From NCBI GenBank assembly GCA_041739995.1, contig JBGSMV010000029.1:32001-96000 (forward strand): a stretch of 64,000 bases of DNA. Direction: 5' to 3'. Positions 48,329 to 57,771 of the stretch are shown here, one piece after another; positions within the stretch are counted from its first letter, which is position 1; each line of letters opens with the position of its first letter. The position numbers and the translations under genes were made by a program. This DNA is from Bdellovibrionota bacterium (lineage in GTDB: Bacteria; Bdellovibrionota_C; UBA2361; JBGSMV01). The notes below the pieces were generated by a model. That model did no database searches, had not been told where the DNA came from, and saw nothing but the letters and a program-made list of their open reading frames with translations.

Positions 48329-48934
48329 CTAACCTAAAGCGCCTATAAGAGTAGCGGGTGGTCGAGGGGTGGACGTCGGTGTTGGTGTCCTTGGGAATTT
48401 GGTGATGCCTGGCGTTGGGGTGCGAGTGGGGCCTGGCGGCGGTTTAGTGAAACCAGAAGTAGGAGCGGGGGCTGGGGTTTTCGTCGCCCGTGGAGTTCGT
48501 CCTCTAGGAGTTGGCGAGGGCGTCGGACGGGATCTAGTCTCAAGATTAGTGGTGTCGACCTGACTGTTGATTCTGTCAAACTCTAGAGTGACCGATATTT
48601 CAGCGATCTCTTCTGAGATTGCTATCGACTCTGAGCTCAGAGAGGTGTTTTCATCGGTGACTATGAATGTCAACTGAGGAGCCTCAAGTGTGGTGATGAA
48701 GACGAAGGCACCTCCCGCTTCCGTCACCGTAGTTTCTCCAGACTCAGCGATTGCAACCAGCGCTCCTTCAATAGGGGATTGGTCCGTCTCTTGGAGAATT
48801 CCAAAGATCCGTGTTTGTCCGCCGAGATCTGTTCCTGAGGTCCCTCCACCGCAGCCCTGAATATGAGCCAAGCAGAGGCAAAGTAGGAGAAGAGCGACCC
48901 CCGAAAAGATGAATGACCGATTTTTACTGCGCAT
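48329..48934 (-). CDS. Lipoprotein with carboxypeptidase-regulatory-like beta domain and Pro/Thr-rich tail
   Basis: QGCGGGTSGT lipobox region, PI.GA.V…T.T...G.F pattern, TP repeats. Confidence 0.7.
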   Translation of the reverse strand: MRSKNRSFIFSGVALLLLCLCLAHIQGCGGGTSGTDLGGQTRIFGILQETDQSPIEGALVAIAESGETTVTEAGGAFVFITTLEAPQLTFIVTDENTSLSSESIAISEEIAEISVTLEFDRINSQVDTTNLETRSRPTPSPTPRGRTPRATKTPAPAPTSGFTKPPPGPTRTPTPGITKFPRTPTPTSTPRPPATLIGALG

Positions 48935-49736
48935 CTTTGTGCTCCACTACACTGAATGTACCGAGTGCCACGCGTACCAGCTTGCCCGAAAAGTTCGGGT
49001 CTGGATCGATCTCTTGGTCAAATTTGCTTAAGAACTCGCGGGTGCGCAGATGCAGATTGTGTCCCTCGCGAGTCAGCCAGGCACGTATTTCATCAAGGTT
49101 TTCATCTCTAACGCAATCATATTCTGTGTATGCGTGTAGGTTCGGAATTTTTGGTCCATGAAGAAGGTTTTCCTCTACCGCATAAATGAGTCCCTGCATG
49201 TCCCGCTCCAATAGCTGGAAGCCCTTCTCTGGATCTCCTTGAGGCACGAAAGATCCTTTAACCAAGGCCACGCCTGCTCGTCGTTTCTCAATGGTTCCGG
49301 ATCGCTCGAGTTCGGAACGAATCGCCCCAGCTCGAGTGTCGGAGCTTACCGCGGCGACAAGTTGGGTAAACTCGGAATCTTTGCGACCGATGGTGAGAAC
49401 GCGTGGCGTTCCTGCACTAGTGGTAAAGCGCTTGTCGGTTTGCCACATCCCCACGATACGAGTGATGACATTGGTGTCGCTACTTGTGGGAGGCTCCCCG
49501 CTGTTGATGTGAGCCACGTCTCGTCGATGCACCCCGGTCATCACACTAATCCGACTGTCAGTAATCCGACTGTCTGACCGCCTCAATATCTCCTGAGCCA
49601 GATCGCACAGCTCGCTTTTGGCGCAGTCCACCAAATCATGCAGCTTAAGGCCGTGCTTCAAAGCGAAGCGCAGCACAGGACGCAAAAGGTAGCGCAAGAA
49701 CTGCGCGGCTACGTCCCGTGATTGCTTTAAAGCCAT
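48924..49736 (-). CDS. DUF6502-family protein
   Basis: LLRP..RF.L..G, SRISVMTGVHRRDV, W..D..F, F..LV..VS.D motifs. Confidence 0.8.
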   Translation of the reverse strand: MALKQSRDVAAQFLRYLLRPVLRFALKHGLKLHDLVDCAKSELCDLAQEILRRSDSRITDSRISVMTGVHRRDVAHINSGEPPTSSDTNVITRIVGMWQTDKRFTTSAGTPRVLTIGRKDSEFTQLVAAVSSDTRAGAIRSELERSGTIEKRRAGVALVKGSFVPQGDPEKGFQLLERDMQGLIYAVEENLLHGPKIPNLHAYTEYDCVRDENLDEIRAWLTREGHNLHLRTREFLSKFDQEIDPDPNFSGKLVRVALGTFSVVEHKDAQ

Positions 49737-49888
49737 ATATGTAATAATTTCCCATCTCGCAATGCAAAGCAAGGTGAATCAATTATAGAGCGATATTAGA
49801 TAGTTAGACTATTTTCTAAGAATGTTTGACTAAGCCACGACCTGGCCATATTCTTAAGGTGTGATTAAATACCACCTTTAGGAGGCTT

Positions 49889-51148
49889 ATGAAAACCCGT
49901 ACGTTATTGTTACCGAGTGTTCTCTTTCTTCTCGCGCTGCCTGGTGCGGCAAGTAGTCAACAGTTCGATGTTCTCGACCTGACGGCGATTTGCGGCATGG
50001 GGACGGCCCGCATGAACGATGCAGGCGTAGTTACCGGTCGTAGCTATCAGGATGAAGCGAGCCGCGGACTTGTATTTGACCAGAACGGCTGTCACGAGCT
50101 TCCTGTTCATTCGATTCGCCCTGGATTCATGAGCGAACCTAATATTCTCAGTCCCGAAGGAATTAATAATCTGGGTGATATCGTCGGAAGCGCAAATGCC
50201 GCACGCGGAACTGCAGGCACCGATTCAGCACATGTATATAGTGCGCCAATAGCTCTGCAGAATTATTCCGCCGAGGGCGCGCGCTCTCGCCAGATTCACC
50301 TTAGGGGTACCGGCGTCGAGGGGATAGCGAGAGCTATTAATGACAATGGAATGGTAGTGGGCCATCTCAGTGAGCCCACGATTAACGATGATTTTCGGCA
50401 ACCATTCGCCGCGTTTCGGGGCGGAAGCATTCGACTGCTTCGCATGCCGCAAGGATCCGTAGGGGGAGAGGTTAGCTCGACCAATAACCGGAATGAAGCC
50501 GTTGGAACTACTGGATCACTATTCCGCCGTGACGGGTTGACCATGCTGGGTGTGAAGCCAACGATTTGGCGCCGTAGCTCCGTCGAGAGATTGACTCTTC
50601 CAGAGGGGCACACCTTTGGCGAAGCCTTGGATATTAACAGTCAGTCGGTTGTGGTCGGATACGCACGGGATGGACTGGCCGATCAAAGCAACAGGGTTGT
50701 TCCGGTGCTCTGGGATGAATCAGGTCAGGTGCGCGAGCTTTCCTCTATGCCTGGACTATACCAGTTTGACGGAAACAACCAAGGTATGAGCAGTGCGATC
50801 AATGATTGTGGTTTTGTGGTGGGAAGAACGGCTGGCGAGGGAGCAGTGATTTGGACTCCTGAGGGGCAGCGTTTCGCACTGTCGATTCTGTCCTTTCGAG
50901 GACCTCTGCATAGTGCATTAGACATAAACAATCAGGGACAAATACTGGTGACTACTGGCAGCTCAGTTCTATTGCTCAACCCTCGGCCTGGTTCAATGTT
51001 TGCGGAGAGCTGTGAGTCGTTTACCGCTATCTATCCGTCATACCCGCCTTTGACTGAAGCTCCCCCGAAGAAGAACTACAAAAAGAAGATAACCAAGAAA
51101 AAGTCTGCTCAGCAGCAGAATAAAAAGACGAAGAGAACGCGTCGATAG
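49889..51148 (+). CDS. Secreted HAF-repeat (extracellular repeat) protein with Lys-rich tail
   Basis: Repeated A..IN..G.VVG units; signal peptide; ggagg RBS. Confidence 0.85.
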   Translation: MKTRTLLLPSVLFLLALPGAASSQQFDVLDLTAICGMGTARMNDAGVVTGRSYQDEASRGLVFDQNGCHELPVHSIRPGFMSEPNILSPEGINNLGDIVGSANAARGTAGTDSAHVYSAPIALQNYSAEGARSRQIHLRGTGVEGIARAINDNGMVVGHLSEPTINDDFRQPFAAFRGGSIRLLRMPQGSVGGEVSSTNNRNEAVGTTGSLFRRDGLTMLGVKPTIWRRSSVERLTLPEGHTFGEALDINSQSVVVGYARDGLADQSNRVVPVLWDESGQVRELSSMPGLYQFDGNNQGMSSAINDCGFVVGRTAGEGAVIWTPEGQRFALSILSFRGPLHSALDINNQGQILVTTGSSVLLLNPRPGSMFAESCESFTAIYPSYPPLTEAPPKKNYKKKITKKKSAQQQNKKTKRTRR

Positions 51149-51202
51149 CTGATACTGGGAGAATCGTCGTCTGGCGGCTCTCTCTTTACTTTTGCTTGAA
51201 AG

Positions 51203-51227
51203 GCCGCCAGGGGTGTCCCCTGGCGGC
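51203..51227. terminator. Hairpin between convergent genes (probable terminator)
   Basis: Perfect 11-bp stem gccgccagggg-tgt-cccctggcggc. Confidence 0.7.
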
Positions 51228-51270
51228 TTAGTTAGAATAATTCTTCCTTCCGAGTTCTCGGTTCCCGCTC

Positions 51271-51570
51271 TTAGTACTCAAACACTATGGGCTCACAGTC
51301 TTTGCAGGTGAGAAGTACTGGCGAGATTGTCTTGCCGTTTGCCTTGATGATCATGAGTTCCATGCCCTTAGTAGACTCGATGCGGGCTTCAACTTTCGCA
51401 CCAGAAGCTCTCAGTACGTCAACTAACTCCAGCACAGCCATGATGTTTAGTCCTTGAGCCGAAACAGTGCTCGTGGCTCCTGGCTTGAGATCGATGTCGG
51501 GAGTTACTTGTGCCATCGCATTTCCAACAGCCAGTACCGAGATAACCAAGGCCACAATTAAACGCTTCAT
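51271..51570 (-). CDS. Small secreted hypothetical protein
   Basis: MKRLIVALVISVLAVGNAMA signal peptide; aaagga RBS. Confidence 0.7.
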   Translation of the reverse strand: MKRLIVALVISVLAVGNAMAQVTPDIDLKPGATSTVSAQGLNIMAVLELVDVLRASGAKVEARIESTKGMELMIIKANGKTISPVLLTCKDCEPIVFEY

Positions 51571-52070
51571 ATGCTTTCCTTTGTCTAAGTAAATCTGAGC
51601 CATTTGCTCTTAGATAAAGGTGTCGGAAAGCGTGCCGAACCCCTCGGTGCGAAAAGGCACAAGCGCCAGATATGTTGAGTAGGGATGGGCCAGCAAGAGG
51701 TGAGGTACGTGGCTAAGCCACTAAGAATATTAGAGGTAGTAACGGAGCTGTGGTGGGGACGCAGGGTAGCCCCGTTCCAAGGGCGGAAGCATCCCTCGTG
51801 GCAGTTATCGTCTCCCCAAGGTCTCTGAGGGAGAGGGAGTGCGGCTTAAGCACCTGGAAGGATTACGAATGTGGAGTAGCCCCGTTACAGCAGGGGAGCG
51901 ATATGAGTAGCGGCGCATATCGTGCGAAAAGTGAAGTGCAACACTCTCTGAACAAGGCGCATAACCTAAGGGCAATCGTTTCTTAGCGACCGTTTAGGGC
52001 AGGGGCCCTCTCATTTTCAGGAGATGGGGACGGTTGTTGTCGGTCAGGAAAAATGGAAGGGAAATAAGCT

Positions 52071-53294
52071 ATGGGACTCTCCAGCATTGCTCAGAATATG
52101 AAAGTGGCGGCGGCGGCGGCAAGTACCGCGTTAGCTGGTGTGTCTTTCGGTGGTAATCCCGGTGTCGATGATGCGCGTCGTGACGGCGCTGCCTCAAGCA
52201 TGACTTCCACCGTGGCCGATCGCCCCGCTCCAGCAGCAGGTGCGGCGCCAGATGCAGCTCCAAAGATAACCGCCCATGAAATGGTGGACGTGCAAGTCAG
52301 AGGTCCCGACGGGAACCCGGTAACAGTAAGGGTCTCCTCCCAACCACTTGCCACCGTTCAAGATGCTGACCGAGAACTACTGAGTTCTCTCGCCGGGGGT
52401 CCAAGCATTCGATCCAATCTTGGCATCGCGCTTGACAGAAAGTCGGCAGAAGGTTTCGCAAACGGGCGCCTCAGCGCCTGGGATGTAACTACCAACAGTC
52501 CAAGAATCATCGGTTCGCTTACTCAGCGTGGTCCTGAAATTTCGGCGGTGATCGATTCGCTGAAAGCTGAAGGGTATACCGGCGCGGCACTCGCTATGAC
52601 GCATGGATCGGAGCGAGGAGTTTTGTTGCTTGGCACAAAAGAGAACGGCGTGATGGCGCTTGCCTATGAGATTCCGTCGCTTCGAAGAGATGCACCAGGC
52701 ACGGATGCGAGAGATTCACTCCAATTTAAAGCACTGATGCCCGGAGTCCTTCGCGCCATGGTGCAGCAGAGCTTTGGTTTGGAAGTGGCACCCGGGGCGG
52801 CAGCTCCCACGATTGCAGTAGCGCCGGCACCAGCCGGGGCACCTCAAGCTGAACCAGCGCAACGCCGCGGTCGCGAAGCGGCTCAGCCGCCAGCAGTAGC
52901 TTCTCCCGAGGAGCTCTCAAGAGCGATCGCTGGTAGGTACGCCGAAAGATACAGTGACGCATTGGCTGGCAAAGAGCTCGCCAACGGAAACTGGCCGGTT
53001 GCATCGCTCAGAACGACCCAACGCTTGAAATGTGAGGGGTACCTTGCGGATGTTAGAGCGGTACAGCGCGGGACCGGAAACGACTTGAATGACGTAGAGG
53101 CCTCGATTAGAGCGGGAGTGGTGACGAACGAAGTCCGGATAGTTGCCGTTCGAATGGGAAGAAGTCCCGAAGAGGCAGCTAATTTGCAGTTCACAGATCT
53201 TTCTACCCTTGAGACGGATGTTGACAGGCTTCGCATCCTGGCTGCGGCTCGAGTTGGTGAGTATACCCGCAAGATTAGCGATCTCAGGCGCTAG
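52071..53294 (+). CDS. Hypothetical protein with Ala/Pro-rich linkers
   Basis: 407-aa ORF, RBS-like aaggga upstream. Confidence 0.65.
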   Translation: MGLSSIAQNMKVAAAAASTALAGVSFGGNPGVDDARRDGAASSMTSTVADRPAPAAGAAPDAAPKITAHEMVDVQVRGPDGNPVTVRVSSQPLATVQDADRELLSSLAGGPSIRSNLGIALDRKSAEGFANGRLSAWDVTTNSPRIIGSLTQRGPEISAVIDSLKAEGYTGAALAMTHGSERGVLLLGTKENGVMALAYEIPSLRRDAPGTDARDSLQFKALMPGVLRAMVQQSFGLEVAPGAAAPTIAVAPAPAGAPQAEPAQRRGREAAQPPAVASPEELSRAIAGRYAERYSDALAGKELANGNWPVASLRTTQRLKCEGYLADVRAVQRGTGNDLNDVEASIRAGVVTNEVRIVAVRMGRSPEEAANLQFTDLSTLETDVDRLRILAAARVGEYTRKISDLRR

Positions 53295-53340
53295 AATACC
53301 AGTTTAAGCTTGATCCTTGGCGCTCTAGGAGAGTATTCAC

Positions 53341-55374
53341 GTGTTCATGATGACACGTAGAAATTGCACTCTCATCGAAGCTCCGGTTACCTTCGTATTA
53401 TCAGCGCTGCTGTTCCCTGCGATGTTAGGGGCAATATGCTCGGCTCTTGCTCCAGAACTTCTGGCCGAAGAACCACGTGCAAAAACAATCGTGGTCTTCG
53501 ATGCCTCAGGCAGCATGTGGGGTCAGGTCAAAGGGCAGCCCAAAATCTCTATCGCAAAAGAAGTAGTGAGCGATCTGGTTGACGACTGGGATCCTCAAAT
53601 CGAACTTGGGCTGATCGCATACGGTCACCGCTCGAAAGATGACTGCGCAGACATTGAGTCTCTTATTCCAGTCGGAAAAATTCAGAAAGAACGCATGTCA
53701 AAGGTCGTTGGTGGAATAAACGCCAAGGGCATGACGCCACTGACTGAGTCGGTTGTGCGTGCCGCCAATGAGCTTAAATTTTCCGAGAACAAAGCGACCG
53801 TCATTCTGGTAAGTGACGGCATTGAAACCTGCGGCAAAGATCCCTGCAAAATTTCTAAGGAACTTGAGGCCAAAGGAATTGATTTTACTGCGCATGTAAT
53901 TGCATTCGATGTGGGCAAGGAAAGCGATCGTGCAAAACTAAAGTGCATAGCCGACAATACCGGCGGAAAGTTTTTGCTTGCTAGTGACGCCGCATCACTT
54001 CGCGAGTCCATCAGCGAAGCTATCACCGAAGTCGCCAAGAGCGGCGCGAACGTAGAGCTCGTTGCAGTATTCGAGAAGGGCGGAACTCCCGTTGAAAACG
54101 TGCGTTGGGAAGTCACCTCGAAACCCCAGTCCGAAATCAGCAAGGGTAAGGTAGTTCGTTACGGCGGCGGATTTCAGCCGCAGTACGAGATGGAGCCAGG
54201 AGAATATGTTGCGCGCGTTGTTTCTCATAAAGGAAAGGCAACTGCCGAGCAGGCCTTTATCGTGCCCGAAGAAGGCCTGACGAAGGTAGAGGTGCTTTTT
54301 CCTCAGGAGGGGCGAGTGGCACTCAAAGCGGTGAATACCGCCGGTGGAGAAGCGGTCAGTGACGTTCGCTGGGAAGTGCTCGCGGTGCCTAAGAACGAAA
54401 TGGATAAGCCTACCACCGTTACCTACGGTGGAGGTATTACTCCCGAGTACCAACTTCTTCCCGGTCGCTATATTGCAAAGGTTACCGCTCAGAAAGGGCA
54501 GGCCACTGCTCAGCAGGAATTTGAAGTTCAACCCGGAAAGGTAACTAACCAAGAAGTTCTTCTTAGTGAGGAGGGTCAGGTAGTGCTGCACGCAGTGCAC
54601 CAAGCTGGCAGTGATCCAGTGGAGGAGGTGCGCTGGGAGGTGCTTGCCGCAGCGACTTCAGATCTCGATAAGCCCAAAGTAGTAAAGTATGGCGGTGGCG
54701 CGACGCCGCGTTACCAGCTGCTTCCGGGAAAATATATTGCACGAGCGACGTCACTGAAAGGCGAAGCGACGGCTGAGGGTGAATTCGAAGTGCAACCAGG
54801 AAAACTACTGACTCACGAAGTGCTGATGCCACAAGAAGGAATTCTTAAACTAGCGGGTGTTCACGCTCCCGGTGGCACCCCTGTAGAAGATCTGCAATGG
54901 CAGGTCTATTCAATTGAAGAGGATTCGCTTCGAGCGCCGAAACTGGTTAAGTACGGCGGGGGCAATCAGCCCGAATATCAACTTCTTCCCGGCAAATATT
55001 CGGTCAAAGTCAAAAGTGCCAAGGGCATGGCTGAAGCTCAGTCCGAAGCAGTGGTAGAACCAGGCAAGCGGTTGCGTTTTGAAGTGACGCTACCTCAAGA
55101 AGGAGCAGTCGAGCTTGTTGCAGTGGGTTCTCAAGGAGGAGCCGAGATCGAAGGAGTGCGCTGGGAGTTGTTTCCGGTCCTTGAGGACGAGATGAAAACT
55201 CCGAAAGTTTTAAGGTATTGGTCCGGGAATGGGAAACGTCAGCAGGTACTTCCTGGGAAATATCTTGCAAAATTGACACTTAAAGATCGTCGAGTGGTTG
55301 AGCAAGAGGTAACGGTAGAACCCGGAAAGCTGGCGAAGCAGGAAGTGGTGGTGTCGGATGTTTCTGCTGGATAG
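53341..55374 (+). CDS. Secreted VWA-domain protein with five 88-aa repeats
   Basis: DASGSM MIDAS, G.TPL, SDG.ETC; RW/QW repeats exactly 264 bp apart. Confidence 0.9.
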   Translation: MFMMTRRNCTLIEAPVTFVLSALLFPAMLGAICSALAPELLAEEPRAKTIVVFDASGSMWGQVKGQPKISIAKEVVSDLVDDWDPQIELGLIAYGHRSKDDCADIESLIPVGKIQKERMSKVVGGINAKGMTPLTESVVRAANELKFSENKATVILVSDGIETCGKDPCKISKELEAKGIDFTAHVIAFDVGKESDRAKLKCIADNTGGKFLLASDAASLRESISEAITEVAKSGANVELVAVFEKGGTPVENVRWEVTSKPQSEISKGKVVRYGGGFQPQYEMEPGEYVARVVSHKGKATAEQAFIVPEEGLTKVEVLFPQEGRVALKAVNTAGGEAVSDVRWEVLAVPKNEMDKPTTVTYGGGITPEYQLLPGRYIAKVTAQKGQATAQQEFEVQPGKVTNQEVLLSEEGQVVLHAVHQAGSDPVEEVRWEVLAAATSDLDKPKVVKYGGGATPRYQLLPGKYIARATSLKGEATAEGEFEVQPGKLLTHEVLMPQEGILKLAGVHAPGGTPVEDLQWQVYSIEEDSLRAPKLVKYGGGNQPEYQLLPGKYSVKVKSAKGMAEAQSEAVVEPGKRLRFEVTLPQEGAVELVAVGSQGGAEIEGVRWELFPVLEDEMKTPKVLRYWSGNGKRQQVLPGKYLAKLTLKDRRVVEQEVTVEPGKLAKQEVVVSDVSAG

Positions 55375-55407
55375 CTGCGCGCATCTAGGTATTGTGCGCT
55401 ATTTTGT

Positions 55408-55495
55408 TTTTGCCACAGGGGTCACGGAGGTACACAGAGGAGAAGAGGGTCTAACTCCTACCTCTGTGCCCCCCCCTGAGTCCTCTGTGGTGAAA
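55408..55495. repeat. REP-like palindromic element between convergent genes
   Basis: ttttgccacagggg…cacagagg / cctctgtg…cctctgtggtgaaa nested inverted repeats. Confidence 0.6.
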
Positions 55496-55541
55496 CTTCC
55501 TCGCGCGTTATCGTGCCATTCATGTGAGCCGCGAGCTAAAT

Positions 55542-56435
55542 TTAGAGTGCCTTCGCGGACCTCAGGTGCTCTGCCACTCCCAAAAACTGCCGCATCATAC
55601 CCGGATTATGAGTGCGCACGATTCTGGCGCCGTGCGACACTGCATGGAGTGCGGTTAGCTGCGAAATGGGGTCGCGTTCCTTTAGCGATCCTCCCAGAAA
55701 TCCCTTTCGGGAGGTGGCAATACAAACAGGAAACGGAGCCAGCATCCGACACAAGCGCTCAAAGTTCTGTAGTAGTTGCCATGAATACTTCGGATCATGG
55801 CTGATGAAGCGCCCCATGCCGGGGTCAAGTAAAATTCGATTTTCCTTCACGCCGGCATGAATGGCGACCTGCGCTTGAGTAAGCAGGAACTCTGATATTT
55901 CAGACACGACATCGTCGTAATCTTTTTTTGATTCTGAAACATGAGGAGCACTGCCTGGCTCTTTGGAATGCATCAGCAGGAGGTAGGTGCCGTAGGTAGC
56001 CGCTAGTCCTGCTATGGCAGGATCGGCGCGCAGAGCAGACACGTCGTTGATGATGGCTGCACCAAGATCTAAACATCGACGCGCGATTTCACTCTTAAAG
56101 GTATCAATCGATATAATAGGAACGGGTCTATTTGGGTCGGATGATTGAGAAGTAGATCCCATGAACGAGCGAATAGTTGGTGCAAGACGTTGCCACTCTT
56201 GCTCAAGCAAAACCGGAGTAGCGCCTGGCGCAGTCGATTCGGCCCCAATATCAACAATGTCTGAACCTTGTTCTATCAGTTCCCCAAGTCTGGAGCGCGC
56301 GTCGACAGGTCCTGAATACTCTCCTCCGTCGCTGAATGAATCAGGGGTAAGGTTTAGCACGCCCATAACGAGCACTGGCTTAGTGGTCAGGAGATGCTCA
56401 AGACGCTGAATTTTAGAGTTCCCTGTAACGCTCAC
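55542..56435 (-). CDS. folP: Dihydropteroate synthase
   Basis: MGVLN.TPDSFSDGG, DIGAEST.PG, SIDT, INDVS, DPG.G, SRK.FLG, RTH. Confidence 0.96.
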   Translation of the reverse strand: MSVTGNSKIQRLEHLLTTKPVLVMGVLNLTPDSFSDGGEYSGPVDARSRLGELIEQGSDIVDIGAESTAPGATPVLLEQEWQRLAPTIRSFMGSTSQSSDPNRPVPIISIDTFKSEIARRCLDLGAAIINDVSALRADPAIAGLAATYGTYLLLMHSKEPGSAPHVSESKKDYDDVVSEISEFLLTQAQVAIHAGVKENRILLDPGMGRFISHDPKYSWQLLQNFERLCRMLAPFPVCIATSRKGFLGGSLKERDPISQLTALHAVSHGARIVRTHNPGMMRQFLGVAEHLRSAKAL

Positions 56436-56603
56436 CGCTGTTCTAAGACCTCCTTTCGCTGGAAATTAGCCACGGCAATAAGCGAGCACGGGGCTGAAGC
56501 TTTGCCGCAATGTGATGATTGATTGCGGCTAATGGTTTAGCTAGTTTCGGAGGGAATAAGAAGGGGCCATTCGCTATAGAAGCCCTAGCTGGAAAAGATT
56601 CGT

Positions 56604-57728
56604 ATGGATTTAGGTGCGCAACTCTCGGCCGAAGGGCTTGAGGTGCTTCAAAAGAAGATAGATGAAAGCTGCCGGAGCGCACAGACTGCCGCCGATGTAG
56701 ATCTGTTGCGCCGAGATCTGCTGGGGAAAGAAGGCACGCTCAAAGTGCTCTTTCAAAAGCTTCGAGAAGTCCCTGCCGACCAGAAGCCAGTCGTGGCCCA
56801 GAAGATCAATGAGCTCAAAGCGCAAGTCGAGGCATTCTTCGCTGCTAAGGACGGAGAGTCGGCTTCGAAGGGGCGCTCTGACGCACTGCGTGCGCAGTAC
56901 ATAGACACCTCCTTGCCTGGCGTGTCGCCCGGCATTGGACGCATTCATCCGATCACGCAGGTGGAGCGACAAATTGCAGCGCTCTTAAAGCCTTTCGGCT
57001 TTAGTAATGTGCCAGGACCTGAAGTAGAGACTGAGTACTACTGCTTTGATTCCTTAAACATTCCTCCCCATCATCCGGCGCGAGACATGCAAGATACCTT
57101 CTATGTCGATGCGGGCGACCTATGGGGCGCGGACAAAGAAGCACCGGCAAGGGACTCAAGGCCGATTTCTGGAGTGCTGCACCTGCTGCGTACCCACACT
57201 ACCTCAGTGCAAGCGCGCACTCTTGAGCTGGCCAGCAAGGAAGCAAAAGGTGGGGTGCCCGTGCGCGTCGCTTCATTCGGGCGAGTGTATCGCAATGAGA
57301 CCGAGGATGCCTCGCATCAGGCTATGTTTCATCAGTTCGAATTGGTGTGGCTCGACAAGGGGCTCACGCTCTCACACTTGATGGCGCTCATTACTCATAT
57401 TCTTAAAGGGCTGTACGGGAAGAGGCGAAAGGTTCGATTTGTACCGAAGTTTTATCCGTACACGGAGCCAAGTATCGGACCTCAGATTGATTGTTCCATT
57501 TGCCACGGAACTGGATGCGGCGCCTGTGGTGGTTCGGGCTGGGTCACTATTGCAGGAGCCGGCATGGTGCATCGCAATGTGTTAACCGAGTTCGGTTACG
57601 ACCCGAACGAGGTGTCGGGATTTGCCTTCGGACTCGGGACCTCTCGGCTGGCGTGTCAGCTGTGCGGGCTGCCGAACTTGAAGATGGCTTACGAGAACGA
57701 TTTGCGAGTCTATAAAGCGTTGCCCTAG
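56604..57728 (+). CDS. pheS: Phenylalanyl-tRNA synthetase alpha subunit
   Basis: HP.T, GPEVE…FD.LNIP..HPARDMQDTFY, LRTHT, GRVYR, PYTEPS, GFAFGLG. Confidence 0.97.
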   Translation: MDLGAQLSAEGLEVLQKKIDESCRSAQTAADVDLLRRDLLGKEGTLKVLFQKLREVPADQKPVVAQKINELKAQVEAFFAAKDGESASKGRSDALRAQYIDTSLPGVSPGIGRIHPITQVERQIAALLKPFGFSNVPGPEVETEYYCFDSLNIPPHHPARDMQDTFYVDAGDLWGADKEAPARDSRPISGVLHLLRTHTTSVQARTLELASKEAKGGVPVRVASFGRVYRNETEDASHQAMFHQFELVWLDKGLTLSHLMALITHILKGLYGKRRKVRFVPKFYPYTEPSIGPQIDCSICHGTGCGACGGSGWVTIAGAGMVHRNVLTEFGYDPNEVSGFAFGLGTSRLACQLCGLPNLKMAYENDLRVYKALP

Positions 57729-57771
57729 GGTAGACGTAAACACGCGGAAGAACGAAAGGGATATCACGGTC

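Noticed and set aside
51604..52070. Intergenic region with gtagccccgtt occurring twice and a 78-aa ORF
   Set aside because: The 11-bp match may be chance, and there is no coding or structural support.
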